Source: Vairimorpha necatrix
Lineage: Eukaryota
Length of the DNA: 64,000 nt
NCBI GenBank assembly: GCA_036630325.1
Contig: CP142726.1
Location: 1,054,001 to 1,118,000, forward strand
Direction of reading: 5' to 3'
Every line of letters begins with the position of its first letter. Position 1 is the first letter of the stretch. The position numbers and the translations under genes are program-made. This document shows positions 13,126 to 24,073 of the stretch, in pieces. A model generated the notes under the pieces. That model saw only the letters and a list, made by a program, of their open reading frames with translations. It searched no databases and had not been told where the DNA came from.

Positions 13126-15597
13126 ATGGAGGGCATAGCTGAGAATGTTAGAGAAACTGTGAGAAAAGAAATTCAAGAGAAAGATTTAGTTTTAAGGAGT
13201 ACAGTACAAGAAATAAGAAATAATAGGAATTGTTTTAATTGTGGTAAATTTGGCCATATGGCTAGGAACTGCTATGTAGGAAGGAACAATAATCAGGAAA
13301 ATAATAAAAAGTTTAATAAGTACTTAAATTTAGACGAAAACCAAAGTTGTAGTAGCAGTAATGATAATAAAGAATATAAACCAAGTGGAAAGACAAAACG
13401 AGTTAAGTTAAAGGAATGTAATAATAGTGATAGAAGACATAAAGAAAGAATATATGCGAGCAATAAAGAGACGAAAAGAAGATTACTGAAGAGGGAATTT
13501 ACGTTGGAAGATCTCAAAGCGGAATATGAAGAAGTTTTTAAACAAGGAGATGAGGTTATAAGTTATTGTACATTAGAAAAGTGTAAGATAGATACTCCAG
13601 AGGGTAAGAAGATAGTCAGAAAGGGACAGACGATCCCACAGGCTTTGATCAAACAGACTGAGGAATATATTAATGATTTAGAAAATAGAAAAATTATAAG
13701 AAGATCGTCTTCGGAATGGCGAAACCCAATAAGAGCGATACTTAAACCAAGTGGTGAAGTAAGAATAGTTAGTAATTTTATAGGATTGAATGATTTAGTC
13801 GAGAAAGACCCGTATGAGCTAACGAATATGAGAGAAATAATAAGAGCTACGCAAGGGTCGATAATATTTACCGTTGTTGATTGCAAAGAAGCATTTTACC
13901 ATTTTGAAATCGAAGAAAAAGATAAACATAAGACGGCGTTTGAATTTAATAAAAAAGTTTACGAATGGAATAGTATGGTGATGGGATACAAAAATTCCCC
14001 ACAGATACTACAGAGAACGATGAATATGATTTTTGAAGATTTGCGAGGAAATGGTGTTGAGGTATACATGGACGATATAGTAATACATGCCAACAATAAA
14101 CGTAAACACGATGAATTAGTAATAGAGGTTTTAGAAAGAATTAAGAGAAATAAAATGAAATTAAATATTGGGAAAATACAGTTTAGACAAGCGGAAGTAA
14201 AATTATTAGGTGTGACGCTGAATGGAATAGACATGACGGCCGACGAAATAAAGAAAAATGTCGCCTTGGAGTATCCGGATCCAAAAACTTTGACGGAATT
14301 GAGGAGGTTTCTAGGATTGACTGGATGGTTCAGACCATTTATAAAAGATTATGCCGGGCTGACGTTGAAAATGACAGATAGTTTGAAGAAAAATGGCAAT
14401 TCGTGGAAATTTACGGAAGAGATGAAAGAGGAATTTACTAAAATGAAAAATGTGTTAAGAAATATGGGAAGACTAAGATTACCGGACTATAATAAGGAGT
14501 TCATACTAAGAACAGACGCTAGCAATTTGAGATTGGGTGCGGTGTTACTTCAGAAGAATGAGAATGGGGAATGTGTTGCTATACAATGGGCATTTAAAAA
14601 GCTAACACCTACCGAAATAAGATATGGAATATCAGAAAAGGAAATGCTTGCGATATATTGGGGCATTGATAAATTTAAATACGAGTTAAGAGGTAGGAAA
14701 TTCAAGATAGAAACGGATCACAAAGCACTGGTGGAGATAAGAAATAAACCGTTTTTCAATAATAACAGAATAAATCGTTTAATCGAGAAGATACAGGAAT
14801 ATGATTTTATCGTTGAATATAAAAAACCTGATGAGATGGTGGTAGCAGATGCGTTGAGTCGAATAAATATGGAAGAGGATATTAAAGAAATGAAAAATAA
14901 AGAGCGAACAATCAAGCAAACAGAAGGTAAATGGAAAGCACATGTTTCTTCCGAGAATGGAAAGCAATATTGGCAATTTGACTCAGGACGTAAAGTTGAA
15001 ATACCACCTGAGAATATAAGGAGACAATTAATCCAAGAATATCATGAAAAAGTAGGCCACAGATGCATGACAAGTGTTTATTATGCAATGAGAGAAGAAT
15101 ACTATTGGCCAGGAGTAAAGAAAGAAATGAACGAGGTTATAAAACAGTGTCAGAAATGTCAGATATATAACAGGAAAAATATGGGTGGTTGTGAATTTGT
15201 AGATACGTCGAGATATTTAGAGAAGGTTGCATTAGATTTGATAGACTTTAGAAATGAAAAGAAATATGTTTTAGTTGCTATCGATTATTTTACACGTAGA
15301 GTATGGGGAGTAGTTATAAATAACAAGTCAAGTAATAATGTTGTTGGATTTTTGAAAAGATTATGTGAGCAAGGGAAGAAACCAGAAGAAATTATTACAG
15401 ATAACGGGAAAGACTTTATTAACTTGGAATTTAGAAAATTTTGTAGAGATCTCGATATAATACACCGACAAGTAAGTATAGAAGCGCATAGAAGTAACGG
15501 AAGAGTAGAGCGTGTTTTAGATACTCAGAGAGAAAATATTATAAAGTCGGATGCGGAAACTTTTGAAGGTAAAAAGTATAAAAGTATCGATATATAA
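13126..15597 (+). CDS. Gag zinc knuckle - RT - RNase H - integrase polyprotein; C-terminus frameshifted and continuing to ~15937
   Basis: CFNCGKFGHMARNC knuckle; YMDD; TDAS, EKEMLA, TDHKAL; HHCC zinc finger; ALD..., TDNG, SNGRVER; YNQNYHTGIKCTP continues in another frame (15551-15763). Confidence 0.93.
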   Translation: MEGIAENVRETVRKEIQEKDLVLRSTVQEIRNNRNCFNCGKFGHMARNCYVGRNNNQENNKKFNKYLNLDENQSCSSSNDNKEYKPSGKTKRVKLKECNNSDRRHKERIYASNKETKRRLLKREFTLEDLKAEYEEVFKQGDEVISYCTLEKCKIDTPEGKKIVRKGQTIPQALIKQTEEYINDLENRKIIRRSSSEWRNPIRAILKPSGEVRIVSNFIGLNDLVEKDPYELTNMREIIRATQGSIIFTVVDCKEAFYHFEIEEKDKHKTAFEFNKKVYEWNSMVMGYKNSPQILQRTMNMIFEDLRGNGVEVYMDDIVIHANNKRKHDELVIEVLERIKRNKMKLNIGKIQFRQAEVKLLGVTLNGIDMTADEIKKNVALEYPDPKTLTELRRFLGLTGWFRPFIKDYAGLTLKMTDSLKKNGNSWKFTEEMKEEFTKMKNVLRNMGRLRLPDYNKEFILRTDASNLRLGAVLLQKNENGECVAIQWAFKKLTPTEIRYGISEKEMLAIYWGIDKFKYELRGRKFKIETDHKALVEIRNKPFFNNNRINRLIEKIQEYDFIVEYKKPDEMVVADALSRINMEEDIKEMKNKERTIKQTEGKWKAHVSSENGKQYWQFDSGRKVEIPPENIRRQLIQEYHEKVGHRCMTSVYYAMREEYYWPGVKKEMNEVIKQCQKCQIYNRKNMGGCEFVDTSRYLEKVALDLIDFRNEKKYVLVAIDYFTRRVWGVVINNKSSNNVVGFLKRLCEQGKKPEEIITDNGKDFINLEFRKFCRDLDIIHRQVSIEAHRSNGRVERVLDTQRENIIKSDAETFEGKKYKSIDI

Positions 15598-15959
15598 TCA
15601 GAACTATCATACAGGAATAAAATGTACACCAATAGAAGCGACTGAAGATAAAACTGGAGACGTAATGCTTGAAAATAGCCCTATAGGGAAATATTGTAAT
15701 AGGTTTGGAAAAGGAAAGATCGAAAAATGTAGTAAAGGTCAATTGGTAAGAATAGCTAAATGAGAAAATTTGGCAGGTGTTAATAAGTATGAAAAAGGAA
15801 GATTTTTGGATACAGGAAAAATTGTTGAAAAGTGTGGAAAAGATTCTTATATTGTAAAACTTAGTAATGGTAGGCTTGTGAAGAAGAGACATTATGATCT
15901 GAAGGGTATGCTTGGGGTAGATGTGAAAATTAGATGAGACTAACCGTCTTGAGGGGGGA

Positions 15960-16008
15960 TGTGATATATTTGTATAATTTTTATCCCCCATTATGATAAA
16001 TAAAGACA
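15960..16008 (+). repeat. 3' LTR (49 bp)
   Basis: Follows the PPT directly; ends CA then TSD TAAAA. Confidence 0.92.
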
Positions 16009-16069
16009 TAAAATATAAATTAAATATAAATTTTACGTTTTTTTACGAATCCCCCCCAATCAAAATGTT

Positions 16070-16400
16070 AAGTCGAGAAAGTATGGTGTCCTTGCTAACG
16101 TACTGGATACAAATGTCGTTTTAAAAAACGAAAATAATTACTTACATAATCAATTGGGAGGTATATTGAACTAAGTTCCTCAAAACTTTAAATCCCTAAA
16201 AAGGTAGCAGCGTACATCCAGATGATCACGTTGAAGAAGACGCCAGAAAACATTTCTCTAAAATACCGAACTAGAGGATACGAAATAGATTTGAGAACTA
16301 AGGAGCCTAGAAGCTACGTTAAAGCAGGAGACGCCAACGCGGAACTTATCCTTGTTGTACTAGATATAAAAACTACATTAGACATACCCTGATTAAATTA
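16070..16400 (+). mobile_element. Degenerate 3' fragment of RLE-type LINE
   Basis: Reads KSRKYGVLAN ... VAAYIQMITLKKTPENIS, matching KYDLLAN ... EAHIQTRVLKMTLES of the 33.6-kb fragment. Confidence 0.65.
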
Positions 16401-16959
16401 CTAATGTTTTTTATATAATTTATGTATAAACGTTGCGACTAAAACAAAAAGCCATAATTTTCTTGTAAAATATATCGCCGTTAGAATCTGTATTACAGAA
16501 GATAAGTTGCTTGGTAAAGCAAATTAAAGAATTCAATATATGTTAGAGAAAGATGGGATGCTAAAATAACGTGATCAACGCTCGTAGAAACAAAAAATTT
16601 TAATACTTATTATAATAAAACCATTTTTGCTTTTTTTTAGATGTAATAATTTACTAAGGTCATTAGAGGGTAAAAGAATGATTGTTTAAAAGTTAATAAC
16701 TTTTTCATAATATTTTTAAACACCTCTATAACCTACATATTTTTAAAAGTTTTTAGTTTTCCTTGAAATACTATATAATTGATAGGGTTAATATTTCATG
16801 ACAGTTTTTATTTCAACGCGTAATCATGTTTTTCAAACTCGAACTCAAACAATTATAGAGAACATATCAAATCGCACTAATATCATAGACATGCATTCCT
16901 CAATTTAAAATTAATATTACTTCTTAGGAAAGTTCTAAATGTAGTATCGATAAAACAAT

Positions 16960-17811
16960 TTATTTATACAAGTACAGCTGCTTTAACTTTTCATAATTTT
17001 CTATTGCGTGTTCTGATCTTGTTTTTAATTTACGTAATTTAGTTTCTAATAAAATTAAAATTTCATTTACTACATACCTAAAGCAAAATTTTTCGTAGGC
17101 ATACAGCCTCAATTCAGTTTTCATTTTTTCCAAAGTTTTTATTATTGGTATATTGTTAAATATAGAAAATAATTCTACATTGTAATTAATGATTTTTATT
17201 CTATAATTGTTTGATGAAGTAACGGTTAAAAATCTTCTTTTCATTTTGTAAATTGAGATAAAATTGTCAAAAAGATTTAAAAATTTGAAAATTATGTTTT
17301 CAATTTCTATAGGGACATTCACAGACTTTATTTTTTGTTCAATAATGGGCAATTGTTTCATCTTCAAATCATATATGTTATCCATTGTTTTTTCTATATT
17401 TTTTATACAAAGACATTTATATTTTTCATTTGTTTTCACAATATTAGATTTTTTTAAAGTTTTATCTTTTTTTAGATTTCGTTTACGTTTCATCTCATTC
17501 TCAAACTTTTTCATTTTATGTTTACAATCAGATATATATTTTTCGATTACATTTATTAAACTTGATAAAGTTTGTGAATTATTTTCTGATGTAAAGTTTT
17601 CTTTGGACTGTTCCATGTTTATATCATCACAGTTATGTTGTTTTAATTCTCGAATGCTTTCTTCCAATTCATCATATGGTCTATATTGAAAGTTTTCATG
17701 AAAAGAAATTACAGATATGTATTTTATATCTCTATTTCCATATGCTCTTCTTATTATGCATTCATTTGTAGTGAAATGAGCGCATGAAATAAATTTTAGT
17801 ATATTAATCAT
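16960..17811 (-). CDS. Lineage-specific multigene family protein (283 aa)
   Basis: MINILKFISCA N-terminus, YRPYDELE and YNVELFSIFNNIPIIKTLE motifs, CCC upstream. Confidence 0.88.
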   Translation of the reverse strand: MINILKFISCAHFTTNECIIRRAYGNRDIKYISVISFHENFQYRPYDELEESIRELKQHNCDDINMEQSKENFTSENNSQTLSSLINVIEKYISDCKHKMKKFENEMKRKRNLKKDKTLKKSNIVKTNEKYKCLCIKNIEKTMDNIYDLKMKQLPIIEQKIKSVNVPIEIENIIFKFLNLFDNFISIYKMKRRFLTVTSSNNYRIKIINYNVELFSIFNNIPIIKTLEKMKTELRLYAYEKFCFRYVVNEILILLETKLRKLKTRSEHAIENYEKLKQLYLYK

Positions 17812-18394
17812 TTAAAGGGTTAAGTAAAAAGAACTTTTTTGCCCTAGTTATTTTTGTTTGTTTAATTTAATGTGTAAAAAAAATCATGCTAGTAGATTTA
17901 TGATTTTTATTTTTGATAAATTTAATTTTGTATTTGTTATTAAGAAATATTTTTGTGAGAAGGAATGCAATGTAATTATGATCTGCAGTTATGAATCATT
18001 TGTATTGCTATTTTTGACTATATTCGATTCTTTTGTAAGTAAGAACGTATGTACTGATTTACAAAATTCATATATTATTATCAATTTTAATCGGTAATGT
18101 TCTTCTTAAAAAAAAAAACTTTAAAGGGGACTTTCTAAGTTTCACTTTATTTTATAACTATTATAATAACTTACGAAAATGGGATAGAATATTTGCTTTT
18201 TTACATGGCTTTTTGTGTTTTCTAGTCGCAAAATATATTCCAAAAAATGAGGTCCAATAAAAGCACAATATTTAATTTAGTATTAAACACACATAAAAAT
18301 ATATTAGTATACAAAACTGAATTAAAAATTTTCTAATCATAACTATAACATTAATTTTAACGCTTATTTATAATTGTACTTCTAAGCCATAAAC

Positions 18395-18570
18395 TTAAGC
18401 ATATATACATACAAGGATCCTCAAAATAACTTTAAAAGACCAGCGATGGATACCCTTGAAGTTAGAGCGGAATCGAGAGTGTAAGTAGATGCTAGCCCAA
18501 GGGTGTTGATTTTGAAGAAGTAGGCGGTCTTAAGAAAATTTAAAGACACGAATCTAAGCCTAAATTATTT
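18395..18570 (+). mobile_element. Short 3' remnant of RLE-type LINE
   Basis: Reads AYIHTRILKITLK. Confidence 0.45.
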
Positions 18571-19335
18571 TTTATGTTGTACTTTCATTTGACGTATTAT
18601 TTTTATTAAAAGGTTGTCTGAAAGTTTGATGTTAACTGTGAAACATGAATGATATAATAATAAGAAGAGGAATCCGGTTAAAAAGCATAGGCGTCTAAAA
18701 AATCGAGTACGCCTAAATGCTTAATAAATGTTTAAAGAAATCTTTGGTATTTTTAAATAAATAAAACGTATATATCACTCTCTAAAACAAATTAAAATTA
18801 TGAATTTTGAAAAACCTAATCGATTTTTTAAAGACATTTGAGTTTAATCAAATTTTGTCTAAACAAATATACATATTTCTCGTTTAAATTTTTTTTTTTA
18901 AAAAACTGGTCATTAGACATTATGCCTTTCTTGTTCTAATTTTTGCAGGATCTAAATTTTGAATGGCAGAGCCAAATGTGATGATATATTTTAACCTTCT
19001 ATAAACGTATTTAAAAAAAAACTCTATAATTTAATTTGAAGATCTTAAATTTTTTTTCTTTAACCTTTGACATCGTGCTAAAAATATTATACATTTACTT
19101 TAATCACATTAATTTCTTAAATGGTTAAGAACTAAATCTTAGATAGATTATTAGTTAAAAATTTCTCCTAATATGAAAATGTTAAATAAAGTTGATGCAC
19201 CCAATGGATATCGACTGATAATGGTTTAAGTGTGGAATACGAAAAGGGAGGGAGGTGTGTGTGTGTGGGAGAAGCACGGGGGGCAAGATATCATTGAAAA
19301 ATGGCTTAATGAAAGTAAAAAGCCAATATTATTGT

Positions 19336-19705
19336 CCGGGGGTTTCGGGTTGTATAATACACCCCAAAGTCGAATTTTACGACTTTTAAATAGCAATTTT
19401 CATACTAGTAGAAGGGATCCACCCATAGATACATTCCACCCCATAGCCAAATGGTAAAAAATTCTATATGAAAAGAAACCCTTTGATATAATGACCCTTT
19501 AATTTTCCTAGTAATCTGCAACTCAAAAGCAGTCATACTAATGTTGCCATTGTTTTCACGCAATTTTTGTTTTAGCGCGTAAGATTTTTTTTACGGGGGT
19601 AAAGTTTTAAAAAATTTTAAATATTTTATATCATATGAAAAGATCCACCCTTAGATAAAAATATAGTCTTTTCTATGGGTGGATCTTATAACCCAAAAAG
19701 CCTGG
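19336..19705. mobile_element. MITE, copy 2 (inverted relative to 6105-6501)
   Basis: Reverse-complement similarity along its length, e.g. aagtcgaattttacgactttt, catagccaaatggtaaaaaa, gatataatgacccttta, cattgttttcacgcaa. Confidence 0.75.
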
Positions 19706-21878
19706 TAATTTTTCTTTATTTGGCTTATCCTTTTAGATAATGATACCACAAGAATTGCAAGAGCCCTGGTGTCTGTATCTACGAACTGAATTGAGGCGAA
19801 AATAAGATAAAATACAAAAGGGAATTGTACACAAGACAGTAAGGGGATAAAATGTTTAGAATAAAATAAGATATGTCGCTACGAAAATTTTCAACAAGAA
19901 TATAGAAAAAGAACAGGCAGCGAATCAAAATTAGTTTTAGGGGCCTTGTTTTGATAAAGAGAAGAAATGTCTTTGTAAATTATGTTTAAATCCATTAAAT
20001 TTTAATGATATATCTTTTTTTGATAAAGCATATTTGTCACGCAACGACTTACTGGGGCTAAAAGAATTCAAACAAATTTTTTATTTGACACCACGGCTAT
20101 CGCTATCAAATGGGCAAGAAATCGAGCAAAAAGCAGCTATAATAATTAAACTATCTAAAACATTAAGTATTTAAAATTTTAACGATTTTAATTTGTAGAA
20201 TTCTAGAATAACACTTGCTTACTGCAAAAATGAGGATTAGAAAGGTTCTCAAAATAAAATTCAAAAGGAATAAGCATTTCAATTAAAAAAACAAAATCAT
20301 AAAAATAATAAATTTATAAAAAAATCGAAATTTACACATACAAAATGACAAGATTGGCGGCGTGTATCATATGCCTTACTAAACAAATAAAATAAAATAA
20401 TTTTGAAAAAATTTTACTAAATAAGAATTTTTGGGAACCAATACACACTAAAGAATTCAAATTTTGATATTTTAGAGTTCCGCAACGCGTTTATTTAGGC
20501 AATAATAACACAATATTCCTCATTTGTTGAATTTAAGGATGATTTGTAACCCACAATAAAAATATATCATCGAAAAATCTTTCTGTCGATTTATATAGAT
20601 TCAAAAGAGATATAAAATAACATTAGCTGCTGCTAGAAGATAATCTTTCAAGAGGGTGACAATTTAAGATTAATTTTGTTTTTAAAAAACAAAGAATTGA
20701 ATACAGTGGACACTGTCAGGCTCGCGATTTAATTTATAGATGATTAATCGATTTGAAAAAAAATAGTTAAGTTTTTAGTCGATATATGCTAGATTTTTGC
20801 TTTTAAGATAAACTTTACATTGTGATTTATATTTGATGGATTTTTTTATAATGAATATTTCTATAATAAAAGAAATCGAAAGACTTATGAAACATCGTAT
20901 ATTTACAAACAAAATTTATGTAAGAGCATGCAGTCTAGACATTCTTATATGTATTAATTTAGATGATAATATGACAAGTACCACATTAAATAATGAAAAG
21001 AGCTCGAAATATTCATCAGATTAAGCCTAAAATCTATTTATCCCTTGGGGAAATCTTTTAATGTATCCCGACAAATTTAAGCCGAGAAAGAGACCCGACA
21101 ATTTTATTTTTGTTTGCAAATAATGAGCGGTTGTTTATCCTTTTGATATTTTATTTTGATGACTAAAATAAAAAATTAACACAGACAAATAAATAAACTA
21201 TATTTTTCTTATTATTATATCATCGTTATCATTGATATATTGTACAAATTCGATATATTACTTAATTACATCTATCATGATTTTTGTCTTCTTTTAACCC
21301 TTTTGTATATTTTTTTCTAAAATTCTCTTTATTGATAAATTTGAAATTCGAACGCTGGCAGATCATAGATTTGTTCTCGATTAAAAAAAGTTGCCTTTAT
21401 TAATATTACATCACAAGTATAAAACTGTCCCTTTAACACAAATAGAGAGAGCATATTATTTTGTTGTATTATGTGATGTATTTCTAAAACGTGATATAAT
21501 TCTCTTCTACGAGTAGTGTTTTTCGAAGTACCATCTTTACTTGCCTTCATGAAAAGTTATGAATGACATTTTTATGTTTTAACAATCCCCATACTAATTT
21601 TCAAAAAAGTCGTCATTGTACGTTTAAGTAAAAAATATTATGTGTATCTAAAACCGCAATCTTTATTCGGAATTTTGTTTTATACACGATAATTTTAATG
21701 AGTAAAATATTATTGGCGATCAATGTGCAAACCTATATCATTGTAACAATGATTGGCTTGAAAAGATAACCCTTTGCTATTTGAGGCGCTATATATAAAT
21801 TTCACTTATTAATTTTTTTAAAAACAATTGAAAAGGCTGTATACATTAATTCTATGTTATAAATAAAACTTTATTTAA

Positions 21879-22712
21879 TTATTGTAAAAAATCCGATCTA
21901 AGTTTCAAAAGACGTACAACTTCGTCTGATTTTATTAATAATATATCTAACTTAGCCTTTAATGAATCAAAAATTTTTATAATTTCCCACCAGATGTTTA
22001 TATTTGTGTATTCATATAATTCTAATTTCTTTTTCATTATTTCTAAAGTTTCTATTAATGGGATATGCTTGAATAGGGAAAATATTTCAATATTGTAATT
22101 GCAAATTTTTATTCTATATTCATTTGATGAATGTGGTATTAATATTTCCTTTTCCATATTATAAATTAATAAAAAAGAATATATAAGATTTATAAATTCT
22201 AAAAGCAAGTTCTTGATTTCAATAGGTCCATTTAAAGCCCCTATTTCAACTGTAATTTGAGGCAATTGTTCATTTCTTAAATCATATATAATTTTTATTG
22301 TTTCTTCAGTATTATTTTTGTATCGATTTAAAACATATTCATCTGGCTTTTCAATGTTTATATCTGTTTCATTTAACTGCGATGACCACGTTTTCATCTT
22401 ATTTTCGTACTCTTCTATTTTTTTTCTACATTCTAATATATATTTTTCAATATCTATACTCAAATATGGGAGCGATACTGAAATATATTCACATGTAGAA
22501 ATTTCTTGTGGCACTTCCTTCACTATTTCATACCATAACGGTTGGTTTATATCTTCAACATCCTTTTCCAATTCAAAATATGGTTTATACTTTTTTTCTT
22601 TATTGGATATAATCGATATGTATTTAATATCTTCATTCCCATAATAACTTCTAATTATACTTTCATCTGTATTAAAATGAGCACAATTAATAAAATTCAG
22701 TGTTAATATCAT
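21879..22712 (-). CDS. Lineage-specific multigene family protein (277 aa)
   Basis: MILTLNFINCA, YKPYFELE, YNIEIFSLFKHIPLIETLE; CCCC upstream. Confidence 0.88.
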   Translation of the reverse strand: MILTLNFINCAHFNTDESIIRSYYGNEDIKYISIISNKEKKYKPYFELEKDVEDINQPLWYEIVKEVPQEISTCEYISVSLPYLSIDIEKYILECRKKIEEYENKMKTWSSQLNETDINIEKPDEYVLNRYKNNTEETIKIIYDLRNEQLPQITVEIGALNGPIEIKNLLLEFINLIYSFLLIYNMEKEILIPHSSNEYRIKICNYNIEIFSLFKHIPLIETLEIMKKKLELYEYTNINIWWEIIKIFDSLKAKLDILLIKSDEVVRLLKLRSDFLQ

Positions 22713-23328
22713 TTAAGGGGTGCTGCAAAAAACTTTTAAAGCCCCTTTTTATTTGATGTGTAAAATAGAGTAAATAACTGTTTTATAGTATTCTTTTTGT
22801 GGAAAGTGTAACACAGGTCAAATATAGCAATGTTTATTTTGAATATTTAATATGTTATTCCTCAATATTCATCGTGAAAATAACCAAAGTTTTTTTTTTT
22901 GTAACACTTTTAAAATAATTTATTGTGTTTTTTTGAGTGTATTATGTGTGTAAATTGACATGATACAAACAAGATTCTCGAAAACTATTTAATATATTAA
23001 TATTGCCATGACTTAGTTTTTTTTTTTGTAAGTAAATTCATTGATGATTAGATCTCGATTAAATCATTTATTAGATTTTTAATTGGTAAAATTTTTTAAA
23101 AAACATCAAAAGGGGGTCAAAACGAAAAGAAGTAAATTTTTTTTGCAATTTTGCAATTTTAACTTTACATTAAAATCATAAAAAATTCTTTATTATATTG
23201 TGAATGTTTAAATTAGTTATTTGTTTTGTTTTTTATGCCGTTTATGGTTAATAGGACAATGACAATAGAACTTTATAGGGAGATTTTTTGTGGATTAAGC
23301 TGGTGTTTAATTAAATAGCATTTCTTTT

Positions 23329-24073
23329 TATTAAAGACTATAAATTAAGGGTCAAATTTATTGATATATATCTTCAACATCCCCGCGTTAAATTTAGAAT
23401 TGAGTGATGTAATTATCTTTGCAACTTCCTACGCCACTACTTGGCTTTCAAAATAAAAGTAAATTTTTTTAAGTTAATTGGCCATGGGCTGCGTTTTACT
23501 CTTTCGCGTCTTACTATCCCTTCTTGTATTGGTCTTTACGGCACTTCTTTCCCTGTTAAAATACTCAAAATCTATGAGAATGTGGACTTTCTTTACACAT
23601 GTCTTCCCAACAATGGAACCGGATTATTTTTGCCTATCTCACTTTTCAACGACAACACAGTTTTTTTTAATTATTTCTCTTTTAAAATCTCTCTGGATTT
23701 TTGAACACTAGAAATTCAGCTATCTTGCTACGATGGTTTAAATGTTAATGGTGAAATGTACCACTTCATACATCTGCACATCTCTTATGCTAGATCTTAT
23801 TACAGTCAATACTGTTTCTTAATAGCTCTTCAATGGACCTCCACATCTTCACCTATCCGGGCCCTCGACTAGTGCAATCCATCATCTTCTCTTCTGTTAG
23901 ACAACCAACCATCCCCATTCTAACCTATACAGCAATTTTTTTACGTCTCATGCCTCGACGGAACTTACAACCTCTTCTTTTTGTTTTTTGTTTAGGTTCA
24001 AAAATTTAATTCTCCACCATGTTAATGATAATTGTAAGTTAAGGGATAAATTTATTTATATATATCTTCAACA
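23329..24073 (-). mobile_element. Non-autonomous (TRIM-like or internally deleted) LTR element, 745 bp, with 51/54-bp LTRs
   Basis: LTRs 24020-24073 and 23329-23379 both start TGTTGAAGATATATAT on minus; TSD CTTTT at 23324-23328 and 24074-24078; PBS TGGTGGAGAAT; PPT GCGGGGA; gag remnant DVKKLLYRLEW. Confidence 0.82.

Larger units (their letters stand above)
12791..16008 (+). mobile_element. Ty3/Gypsy LTR retrotransposon, 3218 bp, with 49-bp LTRs
   Basis: LTRs 12791-12839 and 15960-16008 (TG...CA, 2 mismatches); TSD TAAAA at 12786-12790 and 16009-16013; PBS-like TGGGGGCG at 12840; PPT GAGGGGGGA at 15951-15959; RT-RNaseH-INT order. Confidence 0.95.

Noticed and set aside
13293..16009. Several minus-strand ORFs inside the Gypsy element
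   Set aside because: Antisense shadows of pol; no motifs or start context
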